Below are positions 62,849-64,000 of a stretch of DNA of 64,000 nucleotides, piece after piece. The notes under the pieces are model-generated. The model did not search any database, had not been told where the DNA came from, and saw nothing but the letters and a program-made list of their open reading frames with translations. The position numbers and the translations under genes were made by a program. The stretch covers positions 14,942,001 through 15,006,000 of the forward strand of contig CM059449.1 of the NCBI GenBank assembly GCA_030390025.1, written 5' to 3'. This DNA comes from Squalus acanthias (taxonomy: Eukaryota). Every line of letters begins with the position of its first letter. The stretch's first letter is position 1.

Positions 62849-63194
62849 CTGAAGACAAAATAAGAGATTAGTTTCACCCAGAACATCACTTACTGACTCC
62901 CGCTCTCCACTGCTGGTGAATGTACAGCGTGCCCCGACACCAGCCAATAGGTAATGCTATTTCAATGGGTGATGAGAACTACAGGTGCAGCGGTGCTGAT
63001 TTTTTCCATCTCCCCTCCATTTGCTAATTGGGCTTGTGATATTTGTTATTTATATTTTTGAATTTAACAGCTAATGCTTTTTTTCAAATTGATACAAAAT
63101 CAATTGTTATCGAAAATATATCGTGACAAAACACCTAACGATTATAATCTCGTCATTGAATTATCTGTTCTCAATATTCTATGGAAGAGGGGTT

Positions 63195-63930
63195 GGTTGT
63201 GTATGTACAGAGGGACCTGGGTGTCCTTGTACACCAGTCACTGAAAGCAAACATGCAGGTGCAGCAAGCAGTTAGGAAGGCAAATGGTATGTTGGCCTTC
63301 ATTGCAAGTGGATTTGAGTACATGAGCAAGGATGTCTTACTACAGTTATACAGGGCCCTGGTGAGACCACACCTGGAGTACTCTGTGCAGTTTTGATCTC
63401 CTTACCTAAGAAAGGATATACTTGCCACAGAGGGAGTGCAGTGAAGGTTCACCAGACTGATTCCTGGGATGGCAGGACTGTCGTATGAGCAGAGATTGGG
63501 TCGACTAGGCCTGTATTCAGTAGAGTTTAGAAGAATGAGAGGGGATCTCATTGAAACGTATACACTTCTGACAGGGCTAGACAGACTGGATGCAGGGAGG
63601 ATGTTTCCCCTTGCTGGGGGCTCTAGAACGAGGGGTCACAGTCTCAGGATACGGAGTAGGACATTTAGGACTGAGACGAGGAGAAATTTCTTCACTCAGA
63701 GGGTGGTGAACCTGTGGAATTCTTTACTACAGAAGGCTGTGGAGGCCAAGTCACTGAATATATTTAAGAAGTAGATAGATTTCTAGACACAAAAGGCATC
63801 TAGGGGTATGGGGAGAGAGCGGAAATATTGTATTGAGATAGAGGATCAGCCATGATCATATTGAATGGCGGAGCAGGCTCAAAGGGCCTAGTGTCCTACT
63901 CCTGCTCCTATTTTTCTATGTTTCTATGTG
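63195..63930 (+). mobile_element. CR1 3' fragment
   Basis: ORFs 63181-63396 and 63469-63774; TTTCTATG-repeat tail. Confidence 0.9.
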
Positions 63931-64000
63931 TCAGAGTGTATGCACATGTGTTCAGGTAGGCGTGTTAGAGAGACAGAGAGAGAGGTGGGAGGTGAGAGAG

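Noticed and set aside
1-64000. CRISPR arrays, rRNA or prokaryotic systems
   Set aside because: No repeat-spacer arrays or operon structure; this is intron- and TE-rich vertebrate DNA.

Overview
Eukaryotic, repeat-dense genomic DNA. The CR1, L2 and Crack-like LINEs, Deu-domain SINEs and Penelope tails point to a cartilaginous fish; the taxon is inferred. I could assemble by hand, from splice sites and reading phase, a small cluster of NKp30/NCR3-family single-V-domain receptor genes. Gene 1 (+, 3470-12844) and gene 2 (-, 33287-23782) each have a germline-joined VJ-type Ig exon and an Arg-bearing, activating-type TM. A probable V-exon pseudogene lies at +36354. The 3' half of gene 3 (-, from 62848 downward) has an uncharged TM and a cytoplasmic tail built from five tandem micro-exon pairs, four carrying a Tyr motif; its ectodomain lies beyond the window and its last exon is unresolved. 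Two full-length but inactivated CsRn1/Kabuki-lineage Gypsy LTR elements (14163-18527 +, 43344-47680 -) sit in inverted orientation around gene 2. Penelope tails carry minimal hammerhead ribozyme motifs. Most ORFs in the track are TE fragments or antisense shadows. TE boundaries are approximate unless a TSD is given.
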